Source of the DNA: Pseudogymnoascus verrucosus
Taxonomy: Eukaryota
Assembly (NCBI GenBank): GCA_001662655.1
Contig: KV460223.1
Length of the DNA: 39,283 nt
Strand: one strand, 5' to 3'
The notes under the pieces were generated by a model. The model worked only from the letters and a program-made list of their open reading frames with translations, was not told where the DNA came from and did no database searches. The translations under genes were made by a program, and so were the position numbers. This document shows, piece by piece, positions 11,899-23,427 of the stretch; the stretch's first letter is position 1; every line of letters starts with the position of its first letter.

Positions 11899-14800
11899 TT
11901 ACATCCCTGACGGCCTTTGCATCCCCGACCCGTTCATGTTCCCATTCATACTCCCGTTCATGTTCATATTTCCCTGCATCCCCATATTCATGCCCATATT
12001 CATCCCCTGGACCATACCAGGGTGCTGTTGGCCGGACATCATGTGTCCCTGTTGCTGCTGCTGCTGCTGCTGCCTCATAGCCTGCTGCTGTTGCTGCTGT
12101 ATCATAACCTGCTGCCCGATTTTTTGTCTGGCGGATAGCTGGCATTGCTGCTTGAAGAGGTTCAGCTGTTCGGGGGGTGCCTGTCCCCCAGCGTACTGTG
12201 CCATAAAGTTCGTTATCTGGGATTGATAAATCTGGCGTGCCATCGCTTGAACTCGCTGCTGGACTATATTTGGTGGACCTTGCTGCATCTGTCCCTGCTG
12301 CTGTTGTTGTTGCTGCTGCTGCTGTGCTTGCAGTGCAGCTTGGTGTTGTGCCTGTTGGATCATTTGTGGAGTCATGGCACCTCCGCGGCCCATAAAACTT
12401 TGTCCATTTGGTTGCATAGAGTTTTGTGCTTGAACTGCGGCCATAGCCCTCATCTGAGCGTTGTAGTTGATGGCCATTTGGTTGCCGCCCATCATTGCAG
12501 GATTACCCTGTTGCATCTGGTGTGCTATCTGCTGCTGTAAGGCCATCTGCTGAGGAGACATTTGCTGGCCATTCATAGGGGAGGAATTCATAGCTTGCTG
12601 GGCTGCTTGCTGGCGCAGACGCTGCTGCTGCTGCTGCTGTTGCGCAATGATCTGGGCTTGCTGCATCTGCGTGTTCATCATATTTTGATTGGGCATCATG
12701 TGAGCACCACCACCCATTTGTGGAACTTGAACCATGTGTCCTGGCATTGGGCTTGTCTGGCTCATCCGAGGAGTCTGCCTTAATGCCTCTTGGGACATAT
12801 TTGGAGTTCCTTGAGAAATCCGAGGAGTTCCACCATGACTCTGCTGGCTTCCTTGAGCCCTCATAGCATGAGCCACAATCGGAGTCATCTGTGGGTTCTG
12901 TGGAACGACAGATCCTGGGCGTGGGGGGCTGCCGCCCAGACTTGACGTGGAATGCCGCATCTGGACATCGATATTTCCGGCCGTCATAGGGGATGAGGCG
13001 TTGTGAGGAGTGGCATTCTGAACAATTGGGGAGGATGTTGGTGCCTGGGACAACTGCTGTTGCTGCAGGAACCTTTGCTGCTGTGTTGTCATGCCATTGG
13101 CAGCATTCGGCAAACCCATGGCAGGAGCTGGATGCCCATGAGGCCCAGCGCCCTGCATTCCTTTCATGGCCTGCTGGTTTTGTGCCTGTTGGGCTGCCAA
13201 TTGGCGGCGGTGGTTTTCTTGTTGACGAAGATTTTGCTGCTGCTGCTGTTGTTGTTGCTGTATACGCAACTGTGCCTGACCGCGGAGACTTTCTTCATTA
13301 TCGCGCTTGGTTTGTTCTTGCTTCGCCTTTTCTCTCGCTTCTGACTCTTGCTGTTGCTTCTTGGCAGCTTCCGCTTGCAAAAGCTTCTCTCGCTTCTTGT
13401 TTTCCACCACTTGCAGCTTAATGCTTTCAATTGCCTTAAATCTTTCGAATCGAGGCTCAAAGGAAGCCCCACCCACTTTACTGTCCCCGTCAGCTGCTGT
13501 TACCCCTCCAGCTGCACCATTGCTAAACCGCTCGTCCAAAATAAGCATGTATTGCTCTTCATCAGCGGCAGCAGATTCTTCTGCTGCCATCTCCGCAACC
13601 GTCTTCTTGCGAGACTTGGGAGAAGGAACCGGGAATGAGTGATCTGGATGAGCAAGGGCTTCTAGCAACGCTGCCGAGGCTGCTGCACTCTCGACGGGCT
13701 CCAAGAACAGCGGCGCTGTAGTTGCCAGAGTTATGCTCGACTCAACTGGGTATATATTCTTTGAATCTATCTCCATCTTTTCGCGCTTTTGTCTTTTAGC
13801 AGGAGGTGGATCCATGCCTACGCTACCGCTGGAAGACCCTGCCATATTTGGAGTCTGTGGTGGAGCCATTCCGTTGACATCTTGGTGCGATTCGCGGCGG
13901 CCTTGGGATTGATTTGCAAGAGGGGTGGTCGCTTTGATCGCAAGGTCAACATAGGTTGACATAGGCGTCGGATGGAGAACCATGGTAGATATCTTTGCCT
14001 TTTTCGCATTGGACCTACTCCTCTGGTTATCAGACGGTTGGCCTGGCGCGGGCATGTTTTCTTTATCTTTATCCTCAGCAGTTTTGCCTTTTTCTGATTC
14101 AGCGGGTGCCCCTGGAATAGCGATGGGCTTTGTCAACGCTAGATTCTCCTTTGGATAAGGGACCCATGGAGACGGGGTAAGATACGCATTGGAGTTATGT
14201 ATCGACATTGGCTCCGTCTTATCACTGCTAGATAGATTCTGAGAGGATTCCCGTGCGGTTGCAATGGATTTATGGTCATGGACCTCGACTATCAAACATC
14301 CTAGGAAAGTTAGCCATGCACCAAATAATTGTCACCTCCGCTACATACCTTCGTAGAAAGTGGTGTTCCACATGTTGAAATATTCTAGCAAATCTTGCGG
14401 AACCGTCCCAGATCTCAGATGCTCAATGAAAATCTTCATTGGGGATTTGTAGGAGAACGTGCCATCCTGTTGATCGAATCGGAAATGTGTTGGGTGTAGA
14501 TGAACAATGAGAGACGCAGGGCATCCGCGGTATTTCTTTAAGATATAGCTGTCCGATCGAACTAGACAATGTTAATAAAATATTCACATGCGCGTGATAG
14601 GAGTCCATACTGTAAGGCGGAGGTTGGGCGGTTTGTACGGTTTGAATGTCTGGAATCAAGCTGGCCGACCTCAGACCAGCGCTCGCCGTCCTCTGGCCGC
14701 GGCCCAGCATTTGCGGTGGGGCATCGCGACGAGGTCGCGCAGGAGTTCTAGATACACCATTTGCCGTGGAATTGCCCATGGCTGACGTCGGTGGAAGAAT

Positions 14801-14908
14801 TGGAGGCGGCTTCTTTGTAGGAATTGATGGCGAGGTGGACACCGAGGTCGCAACACCGTTTGCGCCTGAAGATGGATGCATCTTTTCGGGGCGCTTGATT
14901 TTACTCAT
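11899..14908 (-). CDS. SPT20: SAGA complex subunit Spt20 with a long Q/M/G-rich C-terminus. Exons 14908-14611, 14561-14349, 14300-11899
   Basis: Spliced Spt20 domain YILKKY...[28 protein letters not shown]....TVP.DLLE....[13 protein letters not shown], followed by TMVLHPTP. The start codon is less certain. Confidence 0.9.
12054..13260 (-). repeat. Multiple CAG/CAA (poly-Gln) tracts in the SPT20 coding region
   Basis: (CTG)n/(TTG)n runs on the + strand at about 12054-12098, 12295-12324, 12621-12642 and 13234-13260. Confidence 0.9.
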
Positions 14909-15358
14909 CTTGCATTAGCAGGTCTGCGGCGACCGCTGTCGCTGCTGCTGTCGTCGTTGTCGTCGTCTATTCAATGTGTTCTTCCGTCGCGTCTACACTG
15001 ATTGAGGTCATGGGGACGAGGCAGAACTTCGGGATGAGGTTGATGAACTCATGTACCTTGTTGTATCCACAGCCAAGTCTGAAACGAAGACGAGCCGCAA
15101 CTAAGTCCGAATGCCACGTGATATTTTATGACTACGACTGTGACTACCATAACTGCCCATAACTGCCATAACTACTATATCTACTATAACTAGCCTACTT
15201 TGGTTATTTTAACTAGAGTAATTTAACTACTCTAGCCCAAAACTACTGTAAGCTATACTGTAGTTTAATAGCTTCCCATGCGCCCAAATTCCGTTATCAG
15301 AGAAATACTGCCTTGCTGTGGCTAAATATCATACAAACATAACAGTTCCAGTTCAAGT

Positions 15359-16709
15359 TCAGTCTTTGCCTTCAATCCGTCTTGACCAGTCATCTCCAAC
15401 CCGGAGGTTCTCTACGACAAAGACGTGACGGCCCCTTCCAACACGCTCCTCCTTCTCCCACCATTTCTCTACCTTCTGTTCTGGGGTAGCTTGCTCCGCT
15501 TCCGACTCACTATCGGCGAGGCCGCCAACACCATGGTCTCCTCCAACAACGACCACAACATCACCACGTAGCCATGTTTGGAGGTGTGTGATCACATCTC
15601 CCTCCTTTCCGCTCAATGCCTCCTGTAAGTAGATGACATCGGGGGCAAGGTGACGGAGGATATGAACATGTCCGCCTTGCGTTGTGAACGGGAAAATCAT
15701 CGTCTTCTTCTCGACAACATCTTCGGCCTCTGTCCACAGCGCGTTGAATGCAGGAGTGTCTGGATCGAGCTCACTGGGCTGGTATTAGCAAGGTGTCTAG
15801 AATAGACGGGGATATATCTTACGTGGCCTTTTCGCCCTCCTCGGCGGGTGTCAGAGCCTGGTCGGGATCAATGTTGGAGTACGAGGAACCGAGAGACCCC
15901 GCAGGCTTTGCTGCGGCAGCATCTAGAGGATGGTGCTTAAGATCAGGCGAGAAGATTAGAACGAAGAGCTGGATTTGTGAGAAGTCGGTGCTGTGTGGCA
16001 GGTAGGAGAGGATAGACTGCAATTATGTTAGATACTCGAATATACGCATTTTAGCTCCTGGAAAGTGTATACATACTGCATGCGTTTGACTGTAGTCCAG
16101 ACCATCATCGACACCGTCCAAATCCGCATCTGCAGACACCACGACAGCGACCTTGATCTTCTTTCCGTTGTTGGATGCCCCCTTTCCGGCTGCCGCGACC
16201 GATTTGGTTTGTACAGCCGGGCCAGCTCCAGCTCCTCGCGCCTCAGCTTCCTCTGACCATGTTTTGTGATCCTTATAAGCGTTCTTGTCCTCCTCTCTGA
16301 TCGACGACAGAGCGTTTCCAACCGCCGCGCCAGCCGCGGTTATGCCGGCTGAGACAGTTCGACTGGCGCCCTCGAGGAATTGCTGCGGGCTGGGCGTACG
16401 CTTTAATGCACGAGCTACGTAGCTCGATGGCTCATCAGCGTGTCTTGGAGGTGCGCCATAGCCTTGCTCTCCGGATCGTGGGTCAGTGTATGTCGGAGGA
16501 GGTCCTTGGGGGTCGCGATAATCATCTCTGCGTCCATCTCTGCGTCTTCGGTGGTCATCTTTATCTTCGTCGTCATCGTCCCTTTCGCTCCAAACCCACG
16601 TTGCGAATCCAATCGTCGCGACGGCTACGGTCAAAATCAGGGGCATCCAATGTCCAACCGGGCCTCTATTCCGCCGCGATGGGCGATCGTAACCATCGTG
16701 AGGCGGCAT
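15359..16709 (-). CDS. Probable Pezizomycotina Pex22-like (Fam1-type) peroxin. Exons 16709-16077, 16016-15823, 15773-15359
   Basis: N-terminal TM HWMPLILTVAVATIGFATWVWSER and conserved blocks VAVVVSAD, SILSYLP..DFSQIQLFVLIFSP and MIFPFTT.GGHVHILRHLAPD. The gene model is solid; the family assignment is from memory. Confidence 0.7.
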
Positions 16710-17191
16710 TTGGGTGTACCGCTTTGCTCATCTGCTTTCACAAACTAAGATTTTACAAGAAATAATGGGTTATATGTAAGATTGGTGTTTGGCGCAACAA
16801 CTGGGGATGAGAGGAGGGGGGTATTAGAGAGTGTGACTTTGTTGACATCCTCCCCAGCCTCGCTGGTTTCCAAAGCCTCGGTCGCCAGTCCAACAGCCGC
16901 ACTAGTGAATCCTTTAGCCCCGGCTTACTGTATGTACACAACAATGTGATCATGAGAAGCAAGAATCCCGGTTATATAGTTAGAAAATTTTGTTACATGG
17001 TTAATTAATCGTTATGCTTCATTATTGATATAATATAATTTGCTAGAATAACAGCCGCTAGCACAATAAAACGGTCTGCGGCTATGATGTGGGTTCATGT
17101 CTCGTTGCTATGGACATCTGACACCAAACGTCAAATTTTGCACGTGATACAAGTATCCAAATTTTTGAAGCCCAGCGATTTGATATCAGAT

Positions 17192-17198
17192 TGACTCA
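17192..17198. promoter_or_regulatory. TGACTCA, a Gcn4/CpcA (AP-1) consensus site about 200 bp upstream of eIF2B-gamma
   Basis: Exact consensus in the divergent intergenic region. An E-box CACGTG lies nearby at 17141-17146. Confidence 0.4.
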
Positions 17199-17394
17199 CG
17201 GGCCATAACACTCTACGACCATACCACGACATAAGCTGAACTTGATTTTCGGCGGTGAAATTGGTAAATTCGAAGGGTCTACCACATTTATCTGTTCAGG
17301 CGGACGTTTAAACAGTCCAAAGCAGGCCAGAGGGGACCGTGCTTGTTAGCCCTTCTCAACGGTAGAAGTCAACTCCATAATAGTACCCGCCACA

Positions 17395-19449
17395 ATGCCT
17401 CATGCCCTTTCGATGCCAGCGCCTGGCTTTCAGGCCATAATCCTTTGCGGGCCGGGAGTTTCGTTCGATACCTTCACCTCCAAGCCAGAGGAATCGCCAA
17501 AGGCACTTCTGCCGATCGCGAATCGACCCATGGTCTGGTACCCCCTAGACTTCTGCTACCGCATGGGAATCACAAGTATGGACCGCTTTTTATATGTCAT
17601 TATATTCTCTGTCTTCATTTATGCTTCTATGGCCGCTTTATTGGGCAATGACCTATTATTACCGTGCGTTGCACGTGATTTAAATGGCTACTGTTGGCGT
17701 TTTCTTTCACAGTAGTCTTAGTAGTCGATGCCAGGTTGGCATCTGACGAACAGATCAGGGTATAATATGGAATCTGTGACGCTGTGCTAACTTTTGTCAC
17801 ATAGAGATCCACCTAGTTGCACCTCCAGCATCCGCCCCAGCAATCCAAGCAGCGTTAAACACCAACCCACACCTCACAGCATTACCTTCACCAAAGCCGG
17901 ATCTCATTGCACCGGTAGACTTGGACCAGACCACCGGAACGGCACAGATCTTCCGATTGCCAGAGGTCCTTAAAGAGATCAAGGGCGACTTCATTGTCTT
18001 GCCTTGTGATCTCGTCTGTGAATTAGGCGGAGAGGCGCTTCTCGAGACATGGATGATCAGGGAGGCAGGTCTAGGTGGCGCCACCGGCGGAGGAGAGGAG
18101 TTCAACGGACCGAAGATGGCAATAGGTGGTGAGAAGGGAGGAAGGAGAGGTGGACTGGGAGTCTGGTATGAAACTAAGATTGAAGTACCAAAGGGAGAAC
18201 TGGGAGTAAAGGGAGAAGAAACCGATTTCCTGGCTACGGCACCAATCGAGCAAGGTCCAGTACCGCCTCACCAAAACTCACTGTTGCGCGATACGTCGAA
18301 GGTCGTGTTGTCGTTTCCGACGGATACGCTGAACGATACCGTCGAGATGAAGAACATGCTGCCCATACGACAAAGTTTGGTCGCCAAGCATGGAAATGTC
18401 CGGATGCTCACGACGCACCGCGATGCGCACATCTACATTTTCCCAGCTTGGGTCCTTGATATGATCAACAAGAACGACGACATGGACAACCTCAGTGAGG
18501 ACGTCATCGGCTGGTGGGCCAAGGCAAGCTGGCAGAGTGGCTTCGCTGAGAGGCTCGGGCTGCGCGAAATCTTCCACGGCGAAGAGCCGAGTAACGACGA
18601 GGAAGCCCTCGAGAGGGACGAGGAGTCAAAGGAGGATATAGACATTGCCGCTATCAGTACTACATCGGTATCTAGAGTCGAGACTCTCAAGTCAAGCATC
18701 ACCATCTCCGCCGCCGAGCAAAGCCCACAAACCGACGCCCAAGACAACAGCACCACCGAAGCTACTACCGATCCACTGATCGTACCGCCATTCCTCGCAT
18801 ACATCCACAAATCCCAACCCTACGGCACACCCGGCGCCCCTGTGATTCGACGCGTGGACACAGCGCCGCTCCTGCTCATGATCTCGCTGCAACTTGCCAA
18901 GTTGGAGGCGACTGACCAAGTTGGCCGTCAAGACGCCTCACCGCTCGCTCACACAAGCAAAGTTGCATATCCGCAGGGTATCGCAGGTCGCTGCACGGTG
19001 ACTCGCCAGGACTGTCTTCTGGCCGACAACGTGACGGTCGAGGAGCGCTCGGCTGTCAAGGAGTGTGTTATTGGCGCCAATTGTCAGATCGGGGAGGGCG
19101 CGAAGCTGTTCCGCTGTGTGTTGATGGAGGGTGCCGTGGTAGGAAAGGGGTGTAAGATCTCAGGATCTATTCTTGGACGTCGCTCAGTCGTGGGGAATGA
19201 TTCAGTTCTGCAAGACTGCGAGGTGGAGGATAACATGAGGATCGAGGCTAAAAGTAAGTTCTCCCTTGCCTGTCCCTGCAACTTAGTTCTAGGGAGTTTG
19301 TATACGTGGCCACGTTTACTAACAATCATTCCACAGCCGAGGCAAAGAACGAGAAGTTCAGGAGTTCGGAAGGTCTCGAAGCCACGGAGGAGGAAATGGC
19401 AGATGCTTTTGCCGATGAGATCGACGATGACGGCTTGATGCAAGAATAG
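17395..19449 (+). CDS. GCD1: Translation initiation factor eIF2B gamma subunit. Exons 17395-17575, 17805-19253, 19337-19449
   Basis: Nucleotidyl-transferase-like N-terminus FQAIILCGPG...PKALLPIANRPMVWYPLD, DFIVLPCDL, HRDAHIYIFP and a C-terminal hexapeptide beta-helix (CVIGANCQIGEGA). Confidence 0.93.
17630..17801 (+). ncRNA. Candidate structured RNA element in intron 1 of eIF2B-gamma
   Basis: At least five complementary stems in about 170 nt of a 229-nt intron. Most other introns in the window are 48-96 nt. Confidence 0.4.
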
Positions 19450-22400
19450 CGTGCGACTTTGAGTCACGGTTTCAGGCCATTCCGCCCAAAAAGCCGGATT
19501 ATTTTAGCAACAATGGAAAAAGACTATGCCGGCAAATGCCCCCTCGCATGAAGACCGCTGAACATTGAATTGCCGCGGTGGGATTTCCCCTAGAAGCTAA
19601 ACAGACTAACTCGTGGGATTGTGTTTCGTCTCATGCTGTGTCGGTGAATGTACTGCTGAAGTGTCCAGACCCCGAGTCTCAATCCGGACCCCAGGTCTCA
19701 AAATGCTTGGTCGGGGGATGCAGGGTTCTCTATGTACTAATTGAGACCAACTTTTCCACCCATATGGAAGGATTCGCTGATGGCCTCTTCACCAGCTTTC
19801 TTCCGCGGGACTCCTAATCTCCAGATCGTTCTCCTTGCCTGCTTAGCTCTATGTGGGGGGCGTGGGGGATACGTGCTTTGTACAGAGCCTTGGTAAATGG
19901 AGCAGATGTTTCAAGGGCAGATGGCTAGCCATTACAACCAACAATGGAGGGGACACAGGAATGTGAGAAGTGAAGCACTGCGCAAGCTACTGCCTCGGTC
20001 GATAAGCAAACACTACATAATACTTTGCACAGCGGAACAGGTCAGAATTTTCATTAGCCGCGGCCATCGAGAATAATGAACCAGTAGTGGCGTCTTCGGG
20101 ATCAACCGTTGAGATCACCAGAACCGTACTGCAGCCGCAGGTCAATACGGCTGTACTCCGGTGTGGAGGAACGCCATGCGTCGCCCATTCCACCTGATGA
20201 GAATGCATTGTAACACAAGAAAGCCGTGTCAGCAGACCAGACGGGCGAATTGTTGACAAAGAAACAGATGTGAGACTGTCCCGCCAGAATGGTTGACAGG
20301 GAAGGGCCTGGAAACCGATACATGGATCCTATGAGAACTCTGTCTTTTGTTTCTCCAAAGTGATAACTGTGCAGACCGCAGGATACAGTATGTACGAGTT
20401 AGGGGACAGTACAGGGTTGATCAGCATTGCGTCAGGGTGTGTGGAGCCCTCTACAGGGATCAATGGGTTGATCACGGAGCCCTGCATATGGCCAGTGTGG
20501 ACTCGGTTCGTGGAAGCGATGTAACCTGGAGGGGGATTTGCTGGGGTAAAGGCGCCTGAAGCAACCGCGCGGAAGGTCGGAAATCCACTCAATAACGAAG
20601 TGACAAGAAGTCGAACGCTTTTGCCGGCATTAGTACGTTGCTGTCGGCTTCCGAGTCTCTGGGTTGGGCATGTTTCCACGTCTTTTAGGGAAGCCGACAG
20701 TCCGCACTGTGAACTCTGGTGCATAGACCAGGTCAAATGATTCGGATGGGTGTTTCTTGGCTCGATGTTTAAAAACCACTACGAGGCTTCAAGGGAGTGG
20801 CGAAGTCGGAGCTCAGACAAAGGAATTGTCTGCTTGACCCTTGTGTGGAATGGATAGTCTGAGACTCCGAGCGCATACCTTCACCGCATGGCTTGAAAGT
20901 GTTACAAGGCTGGAAGTATCATGTTTGTTGTTGGTCAGTTCAGAAGAGCAAACACACCGATGCATGTCCGCACACAGAGCAGACGCCATCATTACCGAGT
21001 TATGATAGAGACCCGCATTATAAACAGCGGTCAAGGGCCAGGCCAGGAGGGAGAAAAGGCTTTGCCGCCGAAGCCGTAGTAAATGTCAACCATGGCGCCG
21101 ATCCGAACCGAAGCATACACCAACTCTCATCTTGCCCGGTCAGAATTGACCTTCTGTTGCCTTGTCAGATCCCATTAAACGCTTGGGCTTCCGCGTCCAC
21201 TTGCCTGCTAGATCTCCAGCCTTAATGACTTAATCGTTGCGGTGAGTGGCGAAGCAAGGTGACATGTTAGTTTTGCTAGAACCGAGGTGGTCCGGGTGAG
21301 AATCGTATTGTACTGCACAGTACGTACAGTGCAGCACAATTGAAGCGCATATCAACAAACAACACTGGTCGCAAATCCAGACTGTGAACCAAGTATGCAT
21401 GGTGAGTAGCTTACCACTCATTCGCACATTTTAAACGCGCTGATTACACAGATAAAGATAAGAGAATGAAGAGAAGACGGGATGATTCCAGTCGCGGCTG
21501 CAACTATCTGATACTACATATCGGAGTGCATATCGGAGTACATACCAGAAAGATCAGCCAGCCATACACGTCAAGACAGCGCGGATGTTGGTTTTCGGGG
21601 TCCTGGCCCCACCAGATGCATCAACCCGTCACCCCCACCAATGCGCTTTCCCAACTGGTTCATGTCGTGACCCTACGAGGTATTTGTCTACAAGGTATTT
21701 ATTCGGTGGGCAGAGCTGGGGGCCGATTTTTTTTTCGAAGGCAGAGGTGCCTTATGGGCTAGGCTGCCATAGTAATCGGGAGCCCAGTTCGTAACCGAGC
21801 TCCTAATTAGGTCTAGCGCGTGTGATCTAGGACTGTTTACTTCGTGGTGTAGGTCCAATCTCTTCCAGTACAGACATTACGTCGGTGGTGCATCTCGACC
21901 GAGTATACACAGTACATCCATACAATATCCCCAGGTGTATTCGCAGGTGTATTCGGAGCGAAAATGACCAGTCTCGGGGGCTAGCTTGACTCTCTGTACG
22001 AGTCCTCTGCCTCTGTATGTACAGCACAGCAGTGTACTGTACAACACAGGTAACCACATCTGTCCAGATCGTCTCACGTCTCCCCACCTTTTCTGTCGCA
22101 CTGCAGGATGGTGATCAAGACGAACCGTCCCGCCGGGACACCACTAGAATCGCTCTAGACCCCTACTCTATGATGCCAGTCGCGCTAAGCGATCTCAATC
22201 CCGTCCTGGAGACAAAAAGTGACCAGATCTAGGCCGCTCGAGGACTGAGTGTCGCTGGTTTAGGGTACCTTTCTGAGGACTGGCTTCGTTCAGACTTTCC
22301 AATTGCATCATTCCATTACTTCGGCCCCCAGCTACTCTCAGAATGCTCGTCCATTACTGGAGGAGTCTCGTCCCAAGACGTGCATTGTGACTGGCGGCGG

Positions 22401-22983
22401 CCGTCAGATGCTATGCGGGACCCACGGTGCTAGTCTGCACATCAGATGCATCGCAAAACTCAAGTCTGGTACAGAACTAGATCCACAGCGGAGACCGTGC
22501 TTGCTCTTCTTGAAGTTAGGCCCAGCCTTGAGACACTCTAATATCACGATACTGGGCGCACAGAAATATGACAGACTGTTCCAAAATAGGCAAGACGCGG
22601 CTACACCGAACATTCGGAGACCTAGCAGATTGCTTCCAAGGCTCTAACGTTCGCTGCTAAGCCTGAGACCAGCGGCTATCATAGTCTCAAAAGGTACATC
22701 CAATTATCATCCCAACTCCCCAAACACCCTTGGGGCCAGCATCCCAGCTAAAAATTATAAACAAGTACCATACTAAAAACCCGGAAATAGTAGAATTGCT
22801 GGAACGGATGTCTCCTCTTAGCCTGCTCATGCACGGCATTCATGCCCACCCTCGATGCAACCCAGAGTTGTCAGGGTCTGGGGATGAAATGACATGGCGT
22901 GGTGAGTCCATACGCCTTTGCTCTTTTCTCATCTGATTTAACAAAACAACAGCAACATCGCAACTGCACCTTCCTAAGACGAC

Positions 22984-23427
22984 ATGGCCATACTTAAAGA
23001 CGAAAGGCGACATTTTGAAAATGTTTCTCTCGACGAGAAACATCATTTCAGTACCAAATCATCATTACAAGTGGAAGACGAAATGGACCATCCAAGCATC
23101 GCCCAAGTTGTCCCTCCAGCCATCCACGTCCCTCCAGCCATCCGCCAAGTTGTCCCAATTGATAAAACATGGTGGGGATTCATCAAGACCGGCTCGAACT
23201 TAATCCGCAATGGATTGTACTTCGTCGCATGGCCGTTCATTGCTACGACATTAGGCTTTTGTGTCTGGTTTACATTTTCAAGAGTACTACACCCTGTGAA
23301 TAGCGATATCATTATCGCACGAGAAATGTATGTACCTTTGAGACATGTATGAAACGCAAAACTAATTACTATCTATAGCGTTGACATTGCCATCCGGATT
23401 CGCCAACAGTGCGGGTGCGGTTCGTGA
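22984..23427 (+). CDS. Orphan 130-aa protein with one predicted TM segment. Exons 22984-23327 and 23379-23427
   Basis: ATG in ACATGG context and hydrophobic LYFVAWPFIATTLGFCVWFTF. A canonical intron GTATGT...CTAAT...TAG (23328-23378) leads to IVDIAIRIRQQCGCGS-stop. Confidence 0.6.

Noticed and set aside
11801..12226. 141-aa poly-Cys ORF on the + strand resembling a metallothionein
   Set aside because: It is the antisense shadow of the SPT20 CAG/poly-Gln tract.
17576..17804. TPP riboswitch in the eIF2B-gamma intron
   Set aside because: It lacks the conserved CTGAGA core and the recognisable TPP aptamer layout, and the host gene is unrelated to thiamine.
20329..20736. 135-aa minus-strand ORF
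   Set aside because: Non-ATG start, no recognisable domain or codon bias.
19450..22980. Telomerase RNA locus (the size would fit Pezizomycotina TER)
   Set aside because: I found no template of 8 nt or more matching TTAGGG permutations, only 7-nt matches at about 20398 and 22260.
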